DNA of 64,000 nt from Batkoa obscura. Taxonomy: Eukaryota. Positions 43,484 through 55,059 of the stretch are shown one piece after another. Within the stretch, counting starts at the first letter, position 1, and each line of letters opens with the position of its first letter. Under the pieces are notes generated by a model. It had not been told where the DNA came from. It did not search any database and was given only the letters and a program-made list of their open reading frames with translations. Made by a program: the position numbers and the translations under genes. The stretch spans positions 434,001 through 498,000 of the forward strand of contig JASVEC010000014.1 of NCBI GenBank assembly GCA_030770535.1. The letters run 5' to 3'.

Positions 43484-44881
43484 ATGACTGAATCACTATT
43501 AGCAAAAAACGAGGCGTTTTCTATGATTGATATGGATGATAGGAAGCTAGAATCAGAAAATGTTGTAGAAGAAAACACGAAGCAATACTCAAAGTTACGC
43601 AGAAGTATTATATTAATAGTCGTTGCTTTTGCTGCTATATTAGCACCTCTATCTTCAACAATTTACTTTCCAAGTCTTGAAGCAATAAAAGAAGAACTCA
43701 ATACAACAGAGGCATTGGTTGATATTACTATTGCTGTTTATATGCTTACATTAGGCCTTGCACCATTAGTTTGGGGCGGATTGGCAGACAGATTTGGTAG
43801 AAAAGGTGTATTTTTAATCTCCCAAGCTATATTTACAATTGGAAATGTTGGCTGTGCTTTATCTAATAGTATAGGATTATTGATAGCAATGAGAGTCATA
43901 CAAGCTATAGGTGCATCGGCACCTATTGTAACCGGTATGGGAACAATTACAGATATTTTTCCAAAAGAAGATCGAGGTTTTGGAATGTCAGTATTTTTTG
44001 TAGGTCCATTAGTAGGGCCAGTAATAGGACCAATTATTGGTGGCTTCTTGTTTGATGCTTTTGGTTGGAGGTCTACTTTTTGGACTTTAACAATTCTAGG
44101 AGGAGTTCTTATACTTTTGTCAGTGTTCCTATTACCAGAAACTCTACCAAAATCAGCTAAACAAGAATTCCCAATTAAAATAACACTTAGTCCTTTAGGA
44201 ATTCGTCGCGGTGGTCCAATGTTTAATCCACTTTCTCCATTAACATTTTTAAAGTACCCTATTGTTATTATAGCCTGTCTTTGTATTGCTATCACTTTTG
44301 GTTCCTTTTTTGCAGTGGAATCTTCCATGTCAAGGGTTCTTCCAGCTACCTATAAACTAACCCCATCTCAATCCGGTTTAACTTTCGTACCATTAGGTAT
44401 AGGTAGTATTTTAGGAAACCTTATTGGTGGAAAGGCATCTGATATGTCATACCAAAAATACAAAGCTATCAATAATGGAAAAGATCCCCATCCTGAAGTT
44501 AGATTTTATGGCTTATGGTCAGGGTCATTTATCGAAGTGACCGGTTTATTAATGACTGCTTGGTTTGTTACTTTTAAATTACATTTAGCCTCTGTCTTGG
44601 TTGGTGGATTCCTCATTGGATTAGGAAATACAATGTCAGTTATCTCTTGTTCAAGTTATTTGGTGGATGTTTTTCCTGATTATGCTAGCTCTATTGCAGC
44701 ATGTTTTAGTGCATTCCAACTAATGGTTAGTGCTATACTTATTGCTGTAAATGGTACCATATTAAACAAATTAACTTATGGCGGTGGCATTACGTTATAT
44801 GCTTGTCTTTGTTTCTGTGTTACAATAACGATATTTTTAATGTTCTATAAGGGAGAAAGCATCAGAAAAAAATTCAGCTAG
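43484..44881 (+). CDS. MFS DHA1 transporter, copy 4; intronless
   Basis: 465-aa ORF; its central part is identical to copy 2. Confidence 0.95.
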   Translation: MTESLLAKNEAFSMIDMDDRKLESENVVEENTKQYSKLRRSIILIVVAFAAILAPLSSTIYFPSLEAIKEELNTTEALVDITIAVYMLTLGLAPLVWGGLADRFGRKGVFLISQAIFTIGNVGCALSNSIGLLIAMRVIQAIGASAPIVTGMGTITDIFPKEDRGFGMSVFFVGPLVGPVIGPIIGGFLFDAFGWRSTFWTLTILGGVLILLSVFLLPETLPKSAKQEFPIKITLSPLGIRRGGPMFNPLSPLTFLKYPIVIIACLCIAITFGSFFAVESSMSRVLPATYKLTPSQSGLTFVPLGIGSILGNLIGGKASDMSYQKYKAINNGKDPHPEVRFYGLWSGSFIEVTGLLMTAWFVTFKLHLASVLVGGFLIGLGNTMSVISCSSYLVDVFPDYASSIAACFSAFQLMVSAILIAVNGTILNKLTYGGGITLYACLCFCVTITIFLMFYKGESIRKKFS

Positions 44882-45396
44882 TACACCAAAGTTCAATGTT
44901 TATTTCATTATTTTTAAATAGTCTGGAATAACTTCAAATTTTATCATGCTATAAATAAACAGTTGCCTCTTATAACAAAGTAAGACCTGATATATATTTA
45001 ATTTCTTACTTCTCTTCAATAAGCTAATTTTCATTAAATATCACTAATATCACAATTTATTCAACTTTTCATGAGTAATAATCAGGCTTTCTTATGTATA
45101 AATATATATTAACTGGTTATTTAACGTTTTGTTACTGATTCCATATTTCAATGAAAAATCAATGTTTAAATTGATGGTTGAGTATAAAACTAAAATATAT
45201 GCCTAATTCAAATACTAGGATTAACAAGAAATCGAATATCGCTCATGAACGTCTGTTATAGCGGAAGCTGAGGCAAAAATTAATTACTTTTTGTAGCATA
45301 GAATTTTTTTGAGCAACTGAATTTTGCAATCTCAAAATGACGTCATCGTTTTAAATAGCTTGAGTGAAATTCAACTGTTTTGATAGGTTGAATTTA

Positions 45397-45497
45397 TAAG
45401 TAGTATTTTTCGTTTCATCTTCTCTTACATTTTTAGGCGCTACTTGAGTGGACAAATCGTATGTAAAATCCTTAAACAAAAAAATATACCACCCATA
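45397..45497 (-). mobile_element. Degenerate MITE copy
   Basis: ...tttttaggcgctacttgagtggacaaatcg...aaatccttaaacaaaaaaatataccacccata. Confidence 0.75.
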
Positions 45498-45536
45498 GTT
45501 ATTTTTAAAGAGTTTAGCTAAAATTTTCGTAGATAA

Positions 45537-45642
45537 ATGTGGTGATGTTTTTTTTTGGCTTTGTCACTTTTTCCATCCTTTAAGCGCTATTTAGGCGAAA
45601 AAGCCATTAATAAAATTATTAAACACAAAAATACATCCCATA
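45537..45642 (-). mobile_element. ~100-bp MITE copy
   Basis: ggtgatgttttt...tcactttttccatcctttaagcgctattt...aaacacaaaaatacatcccata. Confidence 0.85.
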
Positions 45643-45659
45643 TGTTTTTCTAATAAGAT

Positions 45660-46235
45660 CAAGTGTGGTGTTGAGATCACCAGAATTTGCCTCAAAATGG
45701 TGTAATAAATATCCAACCTAATACACTACCATGGAGTAATTTATAGTTGATACTCTATACATTTACTCGTGAGACTTGTCCTATTTTAGTTATGAAATTC
45801 ATTCACTATCTTTAAATGCCTAGGTTATTTTTTAACGAACAAATTTCTTTGATTGCTTTTACTGCTTCGCTACAAGATTCTTCTGGAGCAAAATAGTTAT
45901 TCTCTATATAAAAATGAAGGCTAACTTATTATAACCATACAATCGGAATCAATATCAACGCTTTTGATCCAAGAAGTTGCAATTGGTGTATATATTGAAT
46001 GAAACTCGTCCATTAAATCTTCACCTTGCTATTACACATTACCAGATTTCATCGCTTCTAAACAAAGTCGATATGTAGCGCCTGAAGAGCTAGCATTATA
46101 GTCATAAATGTATTTTAGCTCTTTACATCGATTTGATTTTAGCATACCTTGAAGAATACGTACTTGTATTTAGATAGCACGTGATACAAATTAAGAATCG
46201 GTCCTATGACCAGCGTCAAAAGATAAAGATGGTTA
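45660..46235 (-). pseudogene. Decayed coding remnant of unknown origin (gene or transposon)
   Basis: GC is raised relative to the flanks. One minus frame reads protein-like (IQVRILQGMLKSNRCKELKYIYDYNASSSGATYRLCLEAMKSGNV**QGEDLMDEFHSIYTPIATSWIKSVDIDSDC) with scattered stops. Confidence 0.4.
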
Positions 46236-47116
46236 TCAACTCTAAGTTTAATTTTTTTACTATAGGAGCGAATAGATTCTGATAAAAAATCCATTTCTGA
46301 AATTTTTCATAGTTTGGTCTTATTTCGCCTAAATTGAGATCCACTTATCCAATACAAATCTAAACGAATAGTTTTATACGAATTTATAATTATATATAAA
46401 GATTGATACAAAAATGTGAACAAATTGAATTGAAGGAATGGTCCAAAAAATCCACAGAAATACTTTTATTGAGTTTGCTCATTTCAGATATTTATATGCC
46501 AATTAATATCTCGACTAAGATTTGTGGAATCTTTTAAGCTGAAGCAAAATTAATCTCACTATTAAACCTGAATTGTATAAACTATATATCATTAAGAGAC
46601 TTCAAACCATATTATTATCTCTGATATAGCTTTAAAGCTTTTTGAGAATAAAGTCTAGTGTTTCTATAAATGAAAATGATATAAGAAAACTTCAGCTTAA
46701 ATAGTTGAAAACTTTGGTAAGTTATGCATTTGTTAACTCCTATAACTATGCAAATATAAGTTAATAGTAAAGTTTAAAATCTAGTAATGTATTTGAGATA
46801 TGTTCAAAACTTACAAAGTTATAACTAAGTTATCACATTGATTCCTTTTATATTTGTTTACAATCTATAGGTATTTTCTGAGTTTTGAAAATTAATTTGT
46901 CTATTTTGGAAATCTTTCAAGCTTAAAAGTTTAAGCTTTTGCAGTTTAAAATTTCTCTGTTCTAGATCAAGAAACCAACAATAGATCTATTCAAAAAATG
47001 ATCAAGTAAGGGAATTTATTAAACATCTTTAACTGTCTCATAAGATGGCTAGTAAATCACTTCGATAGCACTTCACATAAATATTCTGCTGAAACATTTA
47101 TTTCATTTCCTATAAA

Positions 47117-47215
47117 CGGAGCTGTTTTTTTGGTCTCATTGTTTTTCCATTTTTTAAGCGCTATTTGAGTGGAAAGATTGTAGTAAAGTTCTTGAACAAA
47201 AAAACACATCCCCAT
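47117..47215 (-). mobile_element. ~100-bp MITE copy
   Basis: tgtttttttggtctcattgtttttccattttttaagcgctatttgagtggaaag...aaaacacatccccat. Confidence 0.85.
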
Positions 47216-48179
47216 GTACTATTTATAAAATATAATGGACGTTTTTTTAAATATAGTTTGTTTTTTAAGTATTCACGAGATAGTACTAATAAAAGCTCGA
47301 ATTTCGTAGAATAACTGAAGATACTAGACGTAGGAATTAGATAAAATTCATTTCCCTAAGCCTTTCTAAAAAAGCTATAGATTTTATTGAAACTTTTATC
47401 AATGAAAAAATGTTAATACCTTTCGTTTACTTTCCTTTTAATTAGTACACTCATTATCTAATAGGTATAGTAACTTTTGAGCTATAATAGCTCTATTTTG
47501 AAACTTCAACCCTTCAAGCGAGGTAAAATAAAATTTATGGTTATGCTGTTGTTGGTAGATAATTAAAAAGTGGTGAGTATTAATCCAGAATAAGATATTG
47601 GTCATTGTAGAATATAAATAAATAAAATATTTCTTATGAAAAGTAAAAAATCTTTGAATAGTGGTATAAACATAGCAAAAACTCTATTCATCTTCGTCCA
47701 AATAACCTTCCTTTTTAATTCAGCATGACTATAAAATATATTTTCAGTAAAATACTAAAATAATTTACACCAATAATATTTTTGAAGGACTTGGCGCTTT
47801 TGTCAGGAATTGGAATACCAAGATTAAAATAAAACCTAAAAAGACAATAATTATGAAAGTGTGATACCAATCATGTAATAGCCTTTTGCAGAACTGAGTT
47901 GCTGTATTACTAATATTAATAGGCCGATTGTCCTTTGATCGAAACTAAATAAAGTAAATTATTGTATTGATAATAAAAAAATCAAGCAAGCGCGATCATT
48001 GGCTGTTCTAATCTTTGTAGTTTTTTTTATTAGAAATCCAAACTATCCGGAAATCGGTTACCATGAAATCATAATTTATTATTACAAAGCATCTATACCC
48101 CAGTGTATATTAATCGAGGACAAAAATGAAAATTTTATTTACTTTCTTTTTGATTGAATAATCCTATAGTTTAATAAAA

Positions 48180-49592
48180 ATGAATGAAGTTTCAAAGCCA
48201 TCAAATACCATAGTTATGGATGAAAAGATAGAGGATAGCAAACTAGAATTAGGTAGTACTGCTGAAGAAAATTCAGTACAATATTCAAAATTCCGCAGGA
48301 GTATTATACTCTTAGTTATTGCCTTTGCCGCTATTTTAGCACCATTATCCTCAACAATTTATTTTCCAAGTCTTGGGGAAATAAGAGAAGAACTTGTAAC
48401 AACGGATTTATTAGTCGATATATCCATTTCTGTTTATATGCTTACATTAGGCCTTGCACCATTAGTTTGGGGTGGAATGGCAGACAGATTTGGTAGAAAA
48501 GGTGTATTTTTAGTTACCCAGGTTATATTTACAATTGGAAATATTGGTTGTGCTTTATCTAACAGTATAGGACTTTTGATAGCAATGAGAATAATTCAAG
48601 GTATAGGTGCATCTGCTCCTATTGTAACTGGTATAGGCACAATTACTGATATTTTCCCAAGACAAGAACAGGGCTTTGCAATGTCAGTATTTTTTGTAGG
48701 TCCATTAGTGGGACCAGTAATTGGACCAATTATTGGTGGCTTCTTGTTTGATGCTTTTGGTTGGAGATCTACTTTTTGGACTTTAACCATTTTAGGAGGA
48801 ATTCTTTTAGTTGCATCTGTCTTTTTACTACCAGAAACTCTGGCAAAATCAGCTAAACAAGAATTTCCGATAAAAATAACTTTAAAACCTTTAAGGATTC
48901 GCAAAGGTGGTAAAATGTTTAACCCGCTTTCACCATTGGGATTTTTAAGATTTCCTATTGTTGTTATACCTTGTATTTGCATTGCTATCACTTTTGGAAC
49001 TTTTTTTGCAGTGGAATCTTCCATGTCAAGAGTGTTCCCATCTACTTATAATTTAACTGCATCTCAATCTGGATTAACTTTTATACCATTGGGCGTAGGT
49101 AGTATTTTAGGAAATCTTCTTGGTGGAAAGATATGTGATAGATCATTTCGAAGATTCAAAGCTAAGAATAATGGTAACGATCCTAGACCAGAAGTCCGAT
49201 TTTATGGTTTATGGTCAGGATCCTTAATTGAAGCAGCTGGTTTATTAATGACAGCTTGGTTCGTCACATATCAATTCCCATTAGCAGCCTCTTTAACAGC
49301 AGGGTTTTTAATTGGATTTGGAAATACAATGTCGATTATCTCTTGTTCAAGCTATCTTGTTGATAACTTCCCAGATTATGCTAGCTCGATTGCAGCTTGC
49401 TTTAGTGCATTTGAAATGGTAATTACTGCTATAATTACTGCTATAAATGCCCTTATATTAGATGGCTTGGGTTACGGGGGAGGTATTACATTGTATGCCT
49501 GCCTTGTTTTATGTGTTACTATAACTATATTTTTGATGTATTATAAGGGAGAAAGTATTAGAAAAAGATTTGGTCCATATAATTCAGCTTAA
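48180..49592 (+). CDS. MFS DHA1 transporter, copy 5; intronless
   Basis: 470-aa ORF with the same motifs; its central loop is shared with copy 3. Confidence 0.95.
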   Translation: MNEVSKPSNTIVMDEKIEDSKLELGSTAEENSVQYSKFRRSIILLVIAFAAILAPLSSTIYFPSLGEIREELVTTDLLVDISISVYMLTLGLAPLVWGGMADRFGRKGVFLVTQVIFTIGNIGCALSNSIGLLIAMRIIQGIGASAPIVTGIGTITDIFPRQEQGFAMSVFFVGPLVGPVIGPIIGGFLFDAFGWRSTFWTLTILGGILLVASVFLLPETLAKSAKQEFPIKITLKPLRIRKGGKMFNPLSPLGFLRFPIVVIPCICIAITFGTFFAVESSMSRVFPSTYNLTASQSGLTFIPLGVGSILGNLLGGKICDRSFRRFKAKNNGNDPRPEVRFYGLWSGSLIEAAGLLMTAWFVTYQFPLAASLTAGFLIGFGNTMSIISCSSYLVDNFPDYASSIAACFSAFEMVITAIITAINALILDGLGYGGGITLYACLVLCVTITIFLMYYKGESIRKRFGPYNSA

Positions 49593-50175
49593 AAGCCAGT
49601 ATATCTTTTTTAAATTTAATTATTATAAAACTGAAATTTATTGTTATAATTAATAAAAGTTAAATAATTTACATAACTATCTTGTTTACAGGTTAATTAT
49701 TGATTTAGGTAGCAACTACTACCTTTTATTTTGTTTTATTTTTTACAAATGAAATTTAACTATTATAGGAAACATTAGGTATACGACATCAATTAATTTA
49801 AGGGATATTATGCCCCTTTATTAATTTTAATTGAAATTAGGTTGTTAATTAATTCTTTAATTGATAATGAAAATAGAATTGTATTTAATGCTACGTAAAT
49901 TTATACCATTTTGCAAACATTATTAACTGTAATAATGTTTTAAAGCTGTATTACAATTAGTAATTTTAGATAGGAATACATTCAGTAAACTGTCAACTAG
50001 CATTAATTATCGTATTATCATATTAAACATTATAATTTCATTATCTAGATTTAAAAAAACGAAATCAAATAAGAAACTAAATAAGATGATTCCCAGAATT
50101 TATTAACTAAACTTAATCATTTGAATGATTAACAATTAAACTTAAGAAGAAAGGTATGTGATCAAAAGAGTTTCA

Positions 50176-51750
50176 TTAATTATTAGGACCAAATCTATTT
50201 CTAAGGTAAACCCCTTTATAAATTAAGCTAATTAAAGTTAAACAAACAATAAAACACATAGCAGCCCAAAAAGTAAATGCCCAACCAAAACTGATAGCTT
50301 CAATTAATGGAGTATTAATAGCGGTAACAATGGCTGTAAATATTAATTCGACACAAGAATAACAAGCTGCAATTGAAGAAGCATAATTTGGAAAGATATC
50401 GACCAAATAATTACTAAGTCCAATTAAACTAGATGTATTTCCAATACCAACGATCATATTACCCACTAAGGTTGCCCATAAATTAAATTTATATTCTAAA
50501 AACCAACCATATAACAAATGACCAGCTAAAATTATAAGTGATCCAATCCATAATAAATGTAATCGAACTTCAGGTTGCGGTGTTCCTTTTTTTTCTGCTC
50601 TTCTATATGTTAAATCTGATATCCTTCCAGCTACTAAATTACCAAGTATGGAACCAATTCCTAAAGCAACAAATGTGAGCCCTACTTGAGACGAATTCAA
50701 TTCATAAATCGTAGCCATAGCTCTAGATTGTGATGATTCCACAGCAAAAAAAGAACCAAATACCAAAGAGATACAAAATACAGCAAGTATAACTACTGGG
50801 TATTTCAAAAATCCTAATGGGAAAAGTGGATTAAAAATAGGCCCATCTCTTTTAATTGAAAATGGGCTCAATGTAAATTTATATGGCGGTTTTTGAAACG
50901 ATGCCAATGGTAAGGTTTCTTTCAATAAAAATAGGGAACTTATTAATAAAATTCCTCCTAATATAGCTAGAGTCCAAAAGCAAGACCTCCAGCCTAAATA
51001 TTGATTTAGAAATCCACCTATGATAGGACCTAAATTATTGAAATTATATTAATAATACACTCGAACATCTTTGATGATTCACTTACCTACCACTGGACCA
51101 ACTAAAGGACCAAGGAAAAAAATAGACAAAGCTGAGCCACGCTCATTTCTTGGATATAAATCAGTGATAGTACCCACCCCAGTAACAATGGGAGCAGAAG
51201 AACCAATGCCTTGGATCATTCTTAATACGATTAGAGCATTTATATTTGTTGATAAAGCACAACCAATATTACCACAAGTATAAATCACTTGAGATATTAT
51301 ATAAACATTACGACGCCCATAGCGATCAGATAAACCTCCCCATATCAATGGCTAATTGATGAAAAAAACAGGGTCAATGTAATTAAAGTGGTATTCCAAT
51401 ATAAAACTTACAAATAATCCTAAACAAAGCATGAATACAGAGATGGTAGCGTCTACTAAAGAAGCTGTTGTATTTAACTCCTCTTTAATTACTTCAAGGG
51501 AAGGAAACTAATTAAATTTAGAACTTTTAAATTGGAATTAATTAATTGAAATTACATAAATGGTTGAAGATAAAGGCGATAAGATGGCTGAAACAGATAC
51601 TAAAATTAGCATCAAACTACGTCTTAATTTACTAAACCTTTTGTATTGCTCTTCTTCAGCAGTTTCTTCACAAGTTATTTTTGGCTCTAATCCCCAATCT
51701 TCTAACTCTTTCATGCTCATTTGATCTTTATCCATTTGATCTTTATCCAT
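50176..51750 (-). CDS. MFS DHA1 transporter, copy 6 (divergent, opposite strand); 3 introns (51508-51555, 51352-51411, 51030-51086)
   Basis: SPLSSTIY|FPSL, GGLSDRYGRR, GPLVGPVVG|PIIGG and PEVRL. The GT-AG junctions restore the frame. Confidence 0.92.
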
Positions 51751-52782
51751 TTCTATTATTATTAATATGCTTGATTTTCAAATTAATAAAAAAACAAAAA
51801 AAATAAAATTCATCAACTTTCAAGTTTATTAAGAACAAGAACCTTAAGGTTTTAATAGAATCGAATTTTTTTAAATTTCATCAATTTTTTCGGAGATTGC
51901 GCGTACTATCCGCTTTCATGAGATTCAAACTATCCTTAATTTGGTTAAGGAGGGGTGCTAATCTTAATGTTTAGCCAGAAAATTTAAAAATTTCTAGTTG
52001 CAATTTAATTATTAATTTTACTAAATCTATTTTTAACTAAAAATATTATTTGCTTACGATTCGCGATTTATTTTGATTGGCTAAGTATTAAGTTCTCGAC
52101 TGAAGTTAATAAATTTTATAGTTTTATAAGAATTGAATTTTAATGAGCATTAATATATAAACTATTAAAAAATAACATAAATAGATCGAAGTTTGCCCCG
52201 AGGTTCAATTATTTTCCGAGTTATTGGAAATAGTTGATTGTTTTAGCATTGAATCTTATAAGTAATATTTTTTTACTGATATTATGAATTAGTGCTATAA
52301 ATTATATAAGAATTTTTCATAAACGTTTGTAACTTATGCTATACCAATTTTTCTTTTAGCAAGTGTCAATATATACAAAGTTTCTTCGTAATACTAAATT
52401 GGGTTTAAAAAACTTCAGGTAAGTCATTTGCAATTAGTTTTATAAACTTTAATATATGGCAAATTGTTTTTTTAACATCTAAAAAATTATTAAAAGTTTC
52501 TAAAAAAACTTCTATTTAAAAGGAAATTATGAGGTAAATAGTTTTAAAAAATTTCAGGGTGCTCTTTCTATTTTCATATATAAAGTTGGACTTTTTTAAT
52601 GATACAACTTTCCTTGCCCCTCACCTGGTTTTACAACACCTTTATCTCTTTTTATTTTTTCTTTCATAAATAAATATATAGAGATTGTTTAGCTGACTCT
52701 TCTAAAATCCAAAAAAACGTGTTATTATAAATTATTTGTTAATATATAAAGAATAAACTTAATCTACCTTTAAAAATCCTAA

Positions 52783-52884
52783 TATGAAGGATGTTTTTGG
52801 TTTTATCCTTTTTTCCGTTTTTAAGTGCAAATTGCGAGAAAAAATTATTAGTGAAATTATTAAACAAAAAAATATATCTCCATA
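52783..52884 (-). mobile_element. Degenerate MITE copy
   Basis: tatgaaggatgtttttgg...ttttaagtgcaaattgcgag...taaacaaaaaaatatatctccata. Confidence 0.75.
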
Positions 52885-53060
52885 TTTTGCCTATTATCTT
52901 GAAAATAAGAAAGATCATTATTTTTTTCATTAGTTTCATTGATACAATTACTACTTTTAATAGGTTTATAAGGATTTTCACTTATCTCAACATTTTGGAT
53001 AATCCAATTTATAAATAATTTCTATATAATTGGTAACATTTATAAAGCAAGCAATAAGTA

Positions 53061-53164
53061 TATGGGGATGTATTTTTGTGTCTAGGAATTTTGCTGACAA
53101 TTTTTCCACTCAAATAGCGCTTGGAAGGTGAAAAAAGTAATGAAGCTAAAAAAACATCCACATA
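53061..53164 (+). mobile_element. ~100-bp MITE copy
   Basis: tatggggatgtatttttgtg...ttttccactcaaatagcgctt...aaaaaacatccacata. Confidence 0.9.
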
Positions 53165-54957
53165 TAATTTTTATGAATAATTCTATCAAATAAGCTTTTA
53201 ACTATTTCTTTACATATAGGATCATTGCTTTCCCGAGCTACTATACAAGTTACATTAGAAGTTGTGAGTCCTTGTAGTGTGAAGTCACAAAAGCACGCAT
53301 ACCCTTTTTTCAATGTTTTTCTAGTACTAGTTGATTTTCCAAAACCTTCAATTGTACAACCAAAGTTATAAGATATTAATCATGGTTTTTCAACTATTAA
53401 ACTTAGAATTACAGCTGTTGTTAAAAACTTTGTTATTTTCATCTTCGTGTTTTTTCTTAGTATTTCTAATAAACGATATTGTTGCCTTTTATACTACTTT
53501 ATATTATTTGCACTTTGTAGTTCTACAAACTTGAATACTTGACATCTACTTTAAAATTCAATATAGAAGTTTTGATATAGGTTTTACTCAATTTGATGGA
53601 ATTTTTCTATACTTTTTCTTTGAATGATCGCAAAATAATAAGATAATTTAAATACAAATTTAATAAAGTTCATAGCATTTTAGTTTATAAGCTAAATAAA
53701 GATACAGATAATTAATTAATTTATATCCGTCTTGTATTTACACTATCACACTAGAAGCGCCTATTGTTGATACTTTATAATAAAATAGGTATATATTTGA
53801 AATTGGTTTATAGAAGGAAAAATGCAATTGTTTAGTGCATTTTTTATCATTTTACCTTATATATTAGTATTAATACTAACCTTTATTTATATTTATATTT
53901 ATATTTATTGTTCTATAGTAAGTACTTTGTATATGCTAGTTTAACCCAAGGTTCGATTATTTTTAGAGTTGATTATTATTAGTATAGTAAGCATAAGGGC
54001 TGTGAAATCGGCTATTATTATTCAAGGTTAAGGTAAAAGCATGGACATAAGCCTTCATCATAATCATGAGATTTTGTGTTATGTTCTCAAGTTACATTAA
54101 ACTCCTGCTCTTAAAATTAACTGTCACAATCAATGCTTCCGTCTCATTGCTTGATATTTAGATTGGATTTGACGAATTATAATTTCAAATCGTAAAGTTT
54201 AACTTGTGACAACCTAAAAAAGATGGGACTAAGTTAAAATATTGTATAGCATTTGCGTGTCTCCCATTATACGTCTATTTATCCTTCCGCTTCATCCATT
54301 CTATTTATTCTATGGACCTTCATTGAATTTTTATTATTCCTTAACAATAAAGTATTTGAAAGCTTTACTTTTTCACCGTTTTTGAATAAGGTGCACGGGA
54401 ACAGTTTTTTATTCTAGTGTTTGTTAAGAGATATTTTTTTGAAGCTTCCTATGTTCAATAAAAATGGATAAAGTAATAACATCATAAGAATATTTATTTA
54501 TTGGTTTTATAAAATAATTATTATTAAGTTGAATATTTATTCAAATTTTAACCGATATGTTGAATTTGTTTATATTGAATATTGATTGAAAGATAAAATT
54601 GACTTTAAACAATCATAGAAAAACTACTTAAATGATATTTATTAGCTCCCGTTACCTTTTGTCCTTAATTTCCTTCATCATTGTATAACTTTTTATAGTG
54701 TAAAATAGGCCATGGTTTTTATACAGATAAATAAATGAAAAAGAATTATTTATTATAATAAATTTGCATAAAAATAATAACAAAAACTATGAAAATTCAT
54801 TTTATATAAATTACCATTAAAAAATAATTAAAGATATAACTTTTATTTGAAATAAAACTTTAAATTGGATGATCTTTAATATTAACAGTAATAATTAGAA
54901 GTGAACTTGACAAAAAAGTGGCTAAAACAAAATAGTAAAAAGTTCGCTAAAAAAGAC

Positions 54958-55059
54958 ATGGGGATGTATTTTTAGGTTTAAGAATTTTACTAATAAAATT
55001 TCCACTCAAATAGTTTAAAAGATAGAAAAAGTGATGAAGCCAAAAAAAACATTCCCATA
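54958..55059 (+). mobile_element. ~100-bp MITE copy
   Basis: atggggatgtattttt...ttccactcaaatag...gaaaaagtgatgaagccaaaaaaaacattcccata. Confidence 0.9.

Noticed and set aside
31117..49024. Recurrent 110-203 aa antisense ORFs over the MFS genes
   Set aside because: They recur only because the sense genes are paralogous; codon usage of the sense strand explains the open antisense frame.
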